In this document: one piece after another, positions 1 through 12,000 of the stretch
Layout: each line of letters begins with the position of its first letter
Position numbering within the stretch: position 1 is the first letter of the stretch
Source: Haplodiscus bocki
Taxonomy: Eukaryota
Reading direction: 5' to 3'
Length of the DNA stretch: 64,000 nt
Assembly: GCA_965655095.1 (NCBI GenBank)
Contig: OZ296659.1
Span: 70,928,001-70,992,000, forward strand
The notes under the pieces: model-generated
Databases searched by the model: none
What the model saw: the letters and a program-made list of their open reading frames with translations, nothing else
Told to the model about the DNA's origin: nothing
Program-made: the position numbers and the translations under genes

Positions 1-19
1 AAGATCTCTAGGTTCTAAG

Positions 20-545
20 CAAAGAGATAAGAATTTCTAAGTTTTTCTGTTTTCTTTGGTGCTAGTTGACAGTAGGCGAGTTATGATTTCTGCAGTTGAT
101 GGTTGGCCCCTCAGTTTTTCTGAGTTCTCGTACTTTTCAGGGCTATGACCAAGTGCGGCAAGCCCTACGCCAAAGAGTACCAAATATCGAAAGCTCTGCG
201 CCAAGGATCACCAAAACTGGTGATCCTGTGAAAAAAGTCAAAACATGAATTTTTAGGAGTTAAGGTGTGCTGTTCGTGAAGCAATTTGATTTAGCTCCGA
301 AAACGGGGGTGGGGTAGCAAAGAGAAAATCTTCGTTGTTATTCGTACTAAGCATGTCAACTAAATTTGGAAGTTTCAAAATGTGCATTTATAACTTTGTT
401 ATCGCTTCCCAACAACCATTCCTTCGAACGGTAACTAACTAATATTATCTTCTATTCGACGGAAAGTATCTTTTGATGTTTTCCATTATGTCATTTTCTA
501 AATTTAGCACTAGCACTGTTTAGCGTCATGTTTAACGCGACATTA
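20..545. repeat. Left arm of a ~500-bp imperfect inverted repeat (partner ~4020-4510)
   Basis: 78-185 (gagttatgatttctgcagt...ctcgtacttttcagggctatgaccaagt...taccaaat) aligns to the reverse complement of ~4328-4430. 487-545 (tatgtcattttctaaatttagcactagcactgtttagcgt) aligns to the reverse complement of 4022-4080. Identity is roughly 75-80% by eye; outer boundaries are approximate. Confidence 0.85.
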
Positions 546-1979
546 CCTCTAAAGTTCGGACTACGTTATCACAGTTTAAGGATATTTAGCGTTGTTTTTC
601 CCAATATATAGGTGACATTACCGCATCATCGTAGCGAAAAACCGCCAATCTTCAATTTTCTCCAAAAATCTGCAACGATAAGGACGCATCAACGAATTTT
701 GAAATGATTGCGGTAGTATGGGGTGAAACGAGGTTGATCTTGGAAAAATACCGGCGCCTAAGTGAAAAAGAAACCACATTTTGAAGGACTTTGAATGATT
801 CATGTGAGAGGTTTCTGATTTTGTTTCGCAGCGTGAACATCGTATATAAATCGGGAAATTTAATCATCAGAAATTGAGAAAGAAACGAATGATTAAAACT
901 GGTAGAAACTCATTCTTTCGTTCCTTAAATGTTCAGTAATTTTTTTTCTTCTTGAAATTCATTCGGAATTATTATTCCAATCTATATTTTACCACGAGAA
1001 AATGCATTGAGAAGTGTAAGGAAAAAAGGTAAATCAACAGATATATAACAGCTAGGCGACTATGTAACTAATAAGATGTCCAAAACTATGTTAATTATTC
1101 AAAATGTTTTATTGTTTGAACACATGTGAAATTTTTACGAGCAGATTTTTACTTTGAATCAAAAATTAAAACACCCACAAATCATGACATCGTTTTATTT
1201 GTATGTCATGGTTGAGTGTAAAAGTTGGTACAATTAGATTGTATCACATGTGGTTTCATTTTCTTCCAACCATTAAACTTTCAATTCAAATTTAGCAACC
1301 TTCGATTACTATTGACAGAAAAATACGGCCCGCGTGCTACTCGTGTATGGAGATTCATGCAGCAAAAGTCTCAATTCCTGGTATCTGGCAAGAAAATAAT
1401 TTCAATTCCTGAATGAAAATTAGGTCATACAATCAAAACATTTAGCAATTTTATGGTCATAACAATTCTCATAATAACAATGAATTATAGGGGGCCATAA
1501 TGTCAAAATGAAAAACTCTTTCATTTTCTCGGCAAATAACACTTATTGTTCTGAAATTAATACCAATTCCCTGGGAACCGTTGTCATACTCTTAAAAATT
1601 TGCGCCTAAGGAGTACATTAAGGAGAGTCCATCTGATGAATCGTCATCCGGAGCGAAAGTAATACCACCGAAGTCGCAAAGAAGTTTTCAGCTATGATTT
1701 CCCCAAATCTTCCCAAAAACATCTCAAAAAGAATAAAACAAAGAACCTCAGCTTTTTCAACCATTTTCAGAAATCAAGTCTGTTCAATTACTGCATAAAT
1801 TATAAAATACAGTGAGAGATTCTGCACAATAAAAAGTATTCACTATATGCAAAAGGGTACATGGCAGAAGATTTTCCAATGTGAGATAGCTTTATCCTTA
1901 ATTTTTTTACCCATCGTCTTTTGAAAAAAAATTATGAAAATACCTCTTTTTAGTACCTATAAGGAAAAATTCTACCTAT

Positions 1980-2220
1980 CCCGGGTCGAAATAATGGCCG
2001 AAATTTTTCCGGTATAAGGGCGTTAACGGCGGTCAAAATTAGCCACAGAAGCCGTTATTAACCGGAAAATAGCGGCGTTAACGGCGTTGAACTGGAACGC
2101 TAATGGCGTTAACGGCGTTCCTTGTCGGTAGAAAGGCGTTAACGGCGTTTTGCTTATAAGTTAACGGCGTTACCTTATACCGAAAAATAGCGGCGTTTTC
2201 CCAAAAAAGTTCGACCCGTG
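1980..2220. mobile_element. MITE (non-autonomous DNA transposon) with internal GGCGTTAACGGCG repeats
   Basis: Termini CCCGGGTCGAA ... TTCGACCCGTG are inverted (10/11). A second subterminal inverted pair is TTTTTCCGGTATAAGG / CCTTATACCGAAAAA. AT flanks both ends (1978-1979, 2221-2222). About 5 internal (GGC)GTTAACGGCG(TT) motifs. Confidence 0.8.
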
Positions 2221-4019
2221 ATCTCATCAACACAACATTTTCCATCAAAATTTTCGCTGCATCAACTTGCAGTATTTTTTTTCAATCTCAGCCGTTTATA
2301 AGCAATCACTTTTATTACTGACATTTACTGCAAGTTCTTAACACCATTGTCTTTAGTAAAAAAACGACTTGATTTCTAAGCAAACAAATAGTTACCGAAA
2401 AGAGCGAAAAAAGTATGATAAGCAAGGTCTCCGCCAGAACAACCATGAAAGTAAAACAAGTATATTGAGAGTGGACGAATTTGTGGACCTCACGAAAAAA
2501 AACTGCAAACGGTTGAGACCGAAAAACACAAAGCATAGGTAAAACCCAAAGTAACCCAGACTTGTCTTATTTGCAGAAAGTAGATTAACAAACCTTACAG
2601 AGATAGACACACTCAGTCAAACACTGACAAATAGAAAAAATAACAGCCTCCATAACCACTAGCTGGAGATACAAAAGCAGTTGAATGAGCTCACATAAGA
2701 AGAGAAAAAATTCGATTGGAAACAAGAAAGGAATTACCCAAAAAATTTTCTCAACCTTCCGAAATATATCTTCATCAGTATTTGCAAAATATAGTATTTA
2801 TCAGTATTATAAGAACCAAATGTAAAAGATAAAACTACACTGATGATCCACCAAAAAACCTTTTTAACTCACATTCTAAAATTCAAATAATTAAAGTGAC
2901 GTTTTGAAATAATCAAGACAACAAGGATAGGTGAGGAGTTGAAGAATAATACATTGGCAACCTTATGAGACGGGTGTTCGAAATTTATTCAAGACTAATC
3001 ATAAGTTAAACCTTCAAACGACAACCCGGTTTTATTCTTAGATTTGTAGGGATTGGCGAGGCCAACATTACGAATAGGAAAGCAATGGAGTACTTGGCTA
3101 CATATTGTGGAGAATGATCCAATTAACAATATTTAATAAGGAACTTGGAGGTTAAAAAACACGAGTGAACTGAAAGTACAAATTAAGGAAACCGAAATGG
3201 AAGTTTTTCGTTTCGACTTCGATGACATTGTCGATATTGCTATTGATTTCTATAAAACTAACTTATTAGAAGATTCTGCATTAGTAAAGCCCCCAAAGAA
3301 ACCTCAGTAATCGATATAGAAAAAGCGATGATAGACCCACTTTCCTGTGGAGGTTATAGCTCATCTTCGTCCAGCGAAAGATCGTGTTGATAAGGCAAAA
3401 CTTCAAAAATTATACCATTTACAGTTAGATGTAAATGTTACGGTTTCAGCTATTGTATTGAAATTGATGAATTACCTAAACTTCAGATGAGGGAATAATT
3501 TTAGTACGAAAGAAATTGAACCTTTTTGAGGTAATCATAAATGGTTAATAAGACCATATCAATACCAATAGGTACTAAAAAAGAATATGCTTTTTAGGTA
3601 CTAGGAACACAAGAACACAAACTATATCCCTAGAAATGTTATATTAACTCTCTGGCTAGGACTGCCTATCAAGAACATCAAGAAGATAGGCCCCAAGCAA
3701 TGAAGATCTCCAAAAAATAACTGGGGTGGGAGAGTACTATAAAAAAACCATTTTTCTGTTAAAATATTAGCCCAAATTGGGTTAGAGCCATGTCAATTGC
3801 TAAAATAATTTTTTCGACAACCTTGATAGTGGGGAGAGTATTTCGCTGGAAAAGCACTTTGTTTCCTTGAATCATCAAACGGTAATTAATCGACATGGTC
3901 CAAATGCCTTTCGGTTCTGTGCAAAAAAATTTGATGACAATGTGGTGGAGATCAATTTTAGAAAGCCAGCACATTAATAGCGTAATACAAATATTAAGGA
4001 AATTGACAGTCATGTTTTG

Positions 4020-4510
4020 CCATTATGTCGCGGTAGCCCTAACGCTAAACAGTGCTAGTTCTAAACTTAGAAAATGACATAAAAGAAGTATTAATAGTTA
4101 CTTACCGTTTGAAGGAATGGTTGTTGGAGAGCGGTAACAAAGTTGGAATTGAACATTTCGAAACTTCAAAATTTCATTGACATGCCCAAAACGAATAGCA
4201 ACGAAACTTTTCTATTTGCTACCCCCCCCCCCCCACAGCCACTCGGTGGTTGATTTTATTGCTTCACGAACGACACACCTTACCTCCTAAGAGTTCAAAT
4301 TTTGACTCCTCTTAGAAGATCACCCTATTTGGTGCTCCTTGGCGTAAAGTTCACCGTACTTGGTCATAACCTTGAAAAGTACGAGAGCTCGGAAAAAGTG
4401 AGCGGCCGGCCGCCAACAGTAGAAATAATAACTCTCCTGATCACCTACCGTCAACAACGAACACAGAAATCAAAAACACTGAAAATCCAACTTTCGTCTC
4501 TTGAAACTTT
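4020..4510. repeat. Right arm of the ~500-bp imperfect inverted repeat (partner ~20-545)
   Basis: Its reverse complement is collinear with 20-545, including the C-run at 4222-4234 matching the G-rich run at 305-315. Confidence 0.85.
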
Positions 4511-4793
4511 GGAAACTCAGAAATTTTGGAATATCACAAAACTTGGCTTGGTTAAACTTTGGGAATTTTATATCTTGAGAATGAGCCAACTTTTCAAAGA
4601 ACTTCGAATACTATATATCTTTGGGAAAGAAATTCAATAGGGTCGAAGACCTATCAACTATAGTTCAATCTTCATCATTTTGAATAAAACGAAATGTTTG
4701 TATCTATAATAACTAACGCTGGTAGAGTACAACTCACAAAATGAATCTTATTTAATTAAGATCGGGTCAGTTAGCAGAAACTCTGAATCAGTA

Positions 4794-6097
4794 ATGGCCG
4801 CAAACAAGAAAAGTGACAAGATTTTGTCCAGATTAAACGTGAACCAAAATCTACCATCCCGCTCGACAAATATCTTGCAACAATCTCAGTAAGTAGAAAC
4901 TAACACCACAATATTTCAAAACGTGTTGGAGACAAAGTTCAACGAACAGACCGTTAACTAAGCCAGAAACAAAGGAAGAAATCAGAGCAGTACAAATTGG
5001 ATGTTTTTGATCGAAAGTTTCAGATTAGATTCTAAAGATCTTATAAAACGTTTTCAAAAAACCTAGCTGGACTTGATGAGATTCTACTCGCGGGAGAAAA
5101 TCATAATAAGTTGACACCATTCATAATGAACTTAGTCTGTTCTTTGAGGAAATCAGCTCATCGCAATCACATCAAACTTCTAAAAACTCTCAAGACCTCA
5201 GAGAGAATTTTTTTTCTGAATTTAGCAAACCATAACCAAGTGATTGATGAAGAGAGAAAAACAAAAATGAAAATTTCTACGAAATAGAAAAACGGGAGGT
5301 CACTCAAAAGTAGTAGAGAAAATCAGGTAGATTGCAAGCAGTTTTTTTTGCAATCGGATGATGGATTTCTGGTTGACTATATCCCCAGATTTTACTCTAC
5401 CGGTTGACAACTATGAACTGGCGTGGGAGAAATAGCTAGGTTGATTCGTTACGCGAAATATCTAGTCTTAACTAAAAACGATTTAGGAGTTCACTTATAA
5501 AAGAAACAGCAAGAAGAAATGGATGACTAAATTATCCGTTCTAGAGCAAACTTAATACAGTGCAAACCAATGGTGCTCAAAAGCAACTCAACTCCTACGA
5601 CGTGAGAAAAAGTATTACTTATATTTCATTACCGGAGCCACTGTTATTCTTTATTCTCGTATTTTCTTTTTGCGTCACCTAAAAGCACATGCAACAACTT
5701 TATGTTTGAACATCAGCTTGAGAACTTTAGATTGACAATTCCGGCATGAACTTCTGAGTATTAACAAACTTTGATCAAACAACGTTCAATGGTGAAGTTG
5801 CTAACTTTCGTACTTTGGTTAATATTGGAACAGAGTGAATTCAAAACCAAACCGTTAGGCGCTTAAACCAGTACCGTCCACCCCTTACACTCGCTACCAA
5901 GTATAACATTACAACTATTGGATTTGCAAGCAAAACTCGCCTAGTTTATATAACAGAAATGCAATGCTTGTGTTGTATAATTTCTTAACAAAACCTTTAA
6001 CCAATCAATGGCCATCCACTAAGTTCTTGCTCGCAAATACCGCTTTAATTTGTTCACGAGGGCCGGCAAGGCAACTTCGAGACTTAAGTTAGTTTGG
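4794..6097 (+). pseudogene. Decayed BEL/Pao-type gag fragment (DUF1759-like region to first zinc knuckle); template of every array unit
   Basis: Unit 1 opens with ATG 4794 (MAANKKSDKILSRLNVNQ...). Across frameshifts and stops the motifs run in order: HIKL(L/P)K (HIKLPK at 10368-10385), NENFYEIEK, DNYELAWEK (5406-5432), VLTNFDQ, NGHPLSSC (6007-6030), RQLRDLSL. This is the order expected of BEL/Pao Gag (KLPK..NxxLSDxEK..NYxxAWxxL..HxLxxC..LCFxC). Recognised by eye only. Confidence 0.6.
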
Positions 6098-9000
6098 TCA
6101 GTAACGCACGCACAACAAGAAAGTGACAAGTTTTTTTCAACAATAAATCTGAACCAGAATCGACCACCCCGCGCGACATTTAACATGCAACAATTTCGGT
6201 AAATAGGTACTAACACCACAACGTTTCAAAACGTGTTGGATACAAATTTCAACGCACAGACCGTTAGTTATGCCAGAAACAAATGCAGAAATCAGAGAAG
6301 TACAAATTGGAGTTTTTCGATCTAAAGTTTCACAAAGAATTTTAAAGAATTAATAAAGAGTTTTGAAGAAGCCCTAGCTGGAGTTGTTAAGAATCTAATC
6401 GCGGAAGACAATCATTACGAGTTGAAACCATTCACAAAAACTTCAGCCCGTTCCTTGAGGAAATCAACTCATTCCAATCACATCAAACTTCTAAAAACTC
6501 TCGAAACCACTTAGAGAAATTTTTCTTCCTGAATTTAATCAAGCTTAGCCAAGTGATTGATGAAGAGAGATAAACATAAACGAAATCTTCTACGAAATAG
6601 AAAAAGGGGAGGTCATTCAAAATTAGACGAGAAAATCAGGTAGATTACAAGCAGTTTTACACTTGCAATGAGATGATGGAATTCTGGTTAACAAAATCCC
6701 CAGACCTTTTTCTACGGGTTGACAACTCTGAACTGTCCTGAGAGAACTCGCTATGTTGATTCGTTATGCGAATTACCTAGTCTTAACTAAAACTGACTTA
6801 GGTGTTCCTTTATAAAAAAAAACAGCTACAAGAAATGGATGACTAAATTTTCCGTTCTAGAGCAAAGTTAATACAGACCAAACCAATGGTGCTCAAAAGC
6901 AACTCAACTCCCACGGGGTGAGAAAAGGTATTACTTAATTTTCATTACCGGAGCTACTGTTATTTTCGTATTTCGTTTTAGCGTCAATTAAAAGCGCATG
7001 CCTCATTTTTTTTTAATTTTAGCTTGAGAAGTTTAGATTGATAATTCTGGCATGAACTTCTGAGTATTAACAAATTTTGATCAAATAACGTTGAATGGTG
7101 AAATTGCTAACGTTCTTACTTTCGTTAATATTGGAATAGAGTGAATTCAAAACCAAACCTTTATGCGTTTAAACCAGTACCGTCCACACTTTAAACTCGC
7201 TACCAAGTATGACATTACAGATATTGTATTTCCAAGCAAAACTTGCCTAGTTTATGTAACAGAACTGCATGTGTTGAATAAATTCTTGACAAATCCGCTA
7301 AACACTCAATAGCCATCCACTAAGTCCGTACTCGCCAATTCACGCTTTACTTTGTTTACGAGGGCCGGCAAGGCAACTTCGAGACTTAAGTTTGTTTAAT
7401 CAGTAACACCCGCACAGCAAGAAAAAGACAAGTTTTTTTCAACATTAAATCTGAACCAAAATCTACCACCCCGGGCGGCAAATATTATTCAACAATCTGG
7501 GTAATCGAAAACTAACACCACAATGGCTCAAAACGTGTTGGAGACAAAATTCAATGAACAAACCATTATGACAGAAACAAAAGAAGGAATCAGAGCACAA
7601 CAATTTGGATGTTTTCGATCTAAATTTTCACATAAAATTCTAAAGATATTAAAAAGCGTTTTCAAGAAATTTTAGCTGTAATTGATAATATTCTACTCAA
7701 GGAGGCAAATCATAATAAGTTGAAGCCATTCACGATACCTTCAGTTTGTTCTTTGAGGAAATCAACTGATTCCAATCACATCAAAGTTCTAAAATCTCTC
7801 AAAAACTCTTAGAGAACTTTTTTTTCTGAATCAGTAAACCATCACCAAGTGATTCATGAAGAAAGAAAAACATAAATGAAACGTTCGATGAAAAAAAACA
7901 TGAGGTCATTCGAAAGTAGACCAGAAAATCGGGTAGATTACAAGCAGTTTTACACTTGCAGTCAGATGTTGGAATTCTGGTTGACAAAATCCCCAGATTT
8001 TGTTCTACAGGTTGACAACTATGAACTGTCCTGAGAGAAATCGCTAGGTTGATTCGTTACGCGAATTATTTAGTCCTACCTAAAACTGACTTAGGTGTTC
8101 ACTTATAAAAAAAACAGCTAGAAGAAATGTATGACTAAATTCTCCGTTCTAGAGCAAACTTAATACAGACCAAACCAATGGTGCTCAAAAGCAACTCAAC
8201 TCCCAGGGGGTGAGAAAAGGTATTGCTTAATTTTCATTACCGGAGCTACTGTTATTTTATTATTTCGTTTTTGCGTCAATTGAAAGCGCATGCAACATTT
8301 TTTTTTTGAACTTTAGCTTGAGAAGTTTAGATTGATAATTCTGGCATGAACTTCTGAGTATTAACAAATTTTGATCAAATAACGTTGAATGGTGAAATTG
8401 CTAACGTTCTTACTTTCGTTAATATTGGAATAGAGTGAATTCAAAACCAAACCTTTATGCGTTTAAACCAATACCGTCCACACTTTAAACTCGCTACCAA
8501 GTATGACGTTACAGATATTGTATTTCCAAACAAAAATTGCGTAGTTTATGTAACAGAACTGCATGTGTTGAATAAATTCTTGGCAAATCCGTTAACCACT
8601 CAATAGCCATCCACTAAGTCCGTACTCGCCAATTCACGCTTTACTTTGTTTACGAGGGCAGGCAAGGCAACTTCGAGACTTAAGTTTGTTTAATCAGTAA
8701 CGCCCGCACAGCAAATAAAAGACAAGTTTTTTTCAACATTAAATCTGAACCAAATTCTACCACCCCGCGCGACATATGTTATTCAACAATCTTGGTAATC
8801 AAAAACTAACACCACAACGGCTCAAAACGTGTTGGAGACAAAATTCAATCAACAGACCATTATGACAGAAACAAATGAAGGAATCAGAGCACAACAATTT
8901 GGTTATTTTCGATCTAAAGTTTCACATAAAATTCTAAAGATCTTAAAAAGCGTTTTCAAGAAATTTCAGCTGTAATTGATAAGATTCTACTCAAGGAGGC

Positions 9001-12000
9001 AAATCATAATAAGTTGAAGCCATTCACGATACCTTCAGTTTGTTCTTTGAGGAAATCAACTGATTCCAATCACATCAAAATTCTAAAATCTCTCAAAAAC
9101 TCTTAGAGAACTTTTTTTCTGAATTCAATAAACCATCACCAATTGATTCATGAAGAGAGAAAAACATAAATGAAACTTTCTACGAAAAGAAACATGAAGT
9201 CATTCGAAAGTAGACGAGAAAATCGGTTAGATTACAAGCAGTTTTACACTTGCAGTCAGATGATGGGATTCTGGTTGACAAAATCCCCAGACTTTGTTCT
9301 AAAGGTTGACAACTATGAACTGTCTTGAGAGAAATCGCTAGGTTGATTCGTTACGCGAATTATTTAGTCCTACCCAAAACTGACTTAGGTGTTCACTTAT
9401 AGAGCAAACAGCTAGAAGAAATGGATGACTAAATTCTCCGTTCTAGAGCAAACCCAATACAGACCAAACCAATGGTGCTCGAAAACAACTCAACTTCTAC
9501 GAGGCGAGAAAAGGTATTACCTAATTTTCATCACCGGAGCCACTGTTAATTTCGTATTTCTTTCTTGCGTCAGTTAAAAGTGCATGCAACATATTATGTT
9601 TGAACTGTAGCTTCAGAATTTCAGATTGATAATTCTGTCATGGACTTCTGAGTCTTAACAAATTTTGATCAAATAACGTTGAATGGTGAAGTTGCTAACG
9701 TTCTTACTTTGGTTAATATTGGAAAAGAAAGAATTCAAAACCAAACCGTTTTGCGCTTAAACCAGTACCGTCCACCCTTTACACTCGCTACCAAGTATGA
9801 CATTACAATCATTAAATTTGCCAGCAAAACTTGACTAGTTTATATAACAGAAGTACTTGTGTTGAATAAATTCTCAACAATACATTTAACCACTCAATGG
9901 CCATCCACTAAGTTCTTGCTCGCAAATACCGCTTTAATTTGTTCACGAGGGCCGGCAAGGCAACTTCGAGACTTAAGTTAGTTTGATCAGTAACGCACGC
10001 ACAACAAGAAAGTGACAAGCTTTTTTCAACATTAAATCTGAACCAGAATCGACCACCCCGCGCGACATTTAACATGCAACAATTTCGGTAAATAGGTACT
10101 AACACCACAACGTTTCAAAACGTATTGGATACAAATTTCAACGCACAGACCGTTAGTTATGCCAGAAACAAATGCAGAAATCAGAGAAGTACAAATTGGA
10201 GTTTTTCGATCTAAAGTTTCACAAAGAATTTTAAAGAATTAATAAAGAGTTTTGAAGAAACCCTAGCTGGAGTTGATAAGAATCTAATCGCGGAAGACAA
10301 TCATTATAAGTTGAAACCATTCACAAAAAATTCAGCCCGTTCCTTGAGGAAATCAACTCATTCCAATCACATCAAACTTCCAAAAACTCTCGAAACCACT
10401 TAGAGAATTTTTTCTTTCTCAATTTAATCAAGCTTAGCCAAGTGATTGATGAAGAGAGATAAACATAAACGAAATTTTTTAAGAAATAGAAAAAGGGGAG
10501 GTCATTCAAAAGTAGACGAGAAAATCAGGTAGATTACAAGCAGTTTTACACTTGCAATGAGATGATGGAATTCTGGTTAACAAAATCCCCAGACCTTTTT
10601 CTACGGGTTGACAACTCTGAACTGTCCTGAGAGAACTCGCTATGTTGATTCGTTATGCGAATTACCTAGTCTTAACTAAAACTGACTTAGGTGTTCCTTT
10701 ATAAAATAAACAGCTACAAGAAATGGATGACTAAATTTTCCGTTCTAGAGCAAAGTTAATACAGACCAAACCAATGAAGCTCAAAAGCAATTCAACTCCC
10801 ACGGGGTGAGATAAGGTATTACTTAATTTTCTTTACCGGAGCTGCTGTTATTTTCGTATTTCGTTTTTGCGTCAATTGAAAGCGCATGCAACATTTTTTT
10901 TGAATTTTAGCTTGAGAATTTTAGATTGATAATTCTGGTATGAACTTCTGAGTATTAACAAATTTTGATCAAATAACGTTGAATGGTGAAATTGCTAACG
11001 TTCTTACTTTTGTTAATATTGGAATAGAGTGAATTCAAAACCAAACCTTTATGCGCTTAAACCAATACCGTCCACACTTTAAACTCGCTACCAAGTATGA
11101 CATTACAGTCATAAAATTTGCAAGCAACACTTGACCAGTTTATATAACAGAAGTACTTGTGTTGAATAAATTCTTAACAATACATTTAACCACTCAATGG
11201 CCATCCACTAAGTTCTTGCTCGCGAAATCACGCTTCACTTTGTTCACGAGGGACAGCAAGGCAACATCGAGACTTAAATTTGTTTGATCAGTAACGCCCG
11301 CACAACAAGAAAGTGACAAGTTATTTTCAATTTTAAATAATGAACCAAACCAACCAGGCCGCGCGACAATTAACTTGCAACAATATCGGTAAAAAAGAAC
11401 TTACACCACAACGTTTCAAAACATGTTGGAGTCAAATTTCAACGCACAAGCTGTTAATTATGCCAGAAACAATTAAAGAAATCAAAGCAGTACAAATTGG
11501 ATAATTTTGATCTAAAGTTTCACATAAAAATTTGAAGACTTTATAAAGCGTTTTGAAGAAACCCTAGCCGGAGTTAGTAAGAATCTACTCGCGCAACAAA
11601 ATCACATTAAGTTGCAACCGTTCACAATGAATTTAGCCTGTTCTTTGAAGAAATCAACTCATTGGAATCACATCAAACCTCTGAAAACTCTGAAGAGCTC
11701 CCAGGGAAGTCTTTTTTCTGAAATTAGTAAACCCAAACCAACTGACTGATGAAGAGAGAAATCAGAAATGAAAAGTTCCACGAAACAGAAAAATGGTAGT
11801 TATTTCAAAAGTAGAAGAGAAAGTCAGGTATATCGCTAGCAGTTTTACTCTTGCAATCAGATGATGGATATCTGGTTGACAAAATTCCCAGATTTTATTC
11901 TACCGGTTGACAAGTATGAAATGGCCTGAGAGAAATTGCTAGGTTGATTCGTTCAATTAAGAGTTCACTTATAAAAGAAACAGCTAGAAGAATCGGATAA

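Noticed and set aside
2500-3760. Possible decayed LINE ORF1/gag-like remnant
   Set aside because: A-rich and ORF-like in patches, but I found no diagnostic motif, so it is not annotated as a feature.
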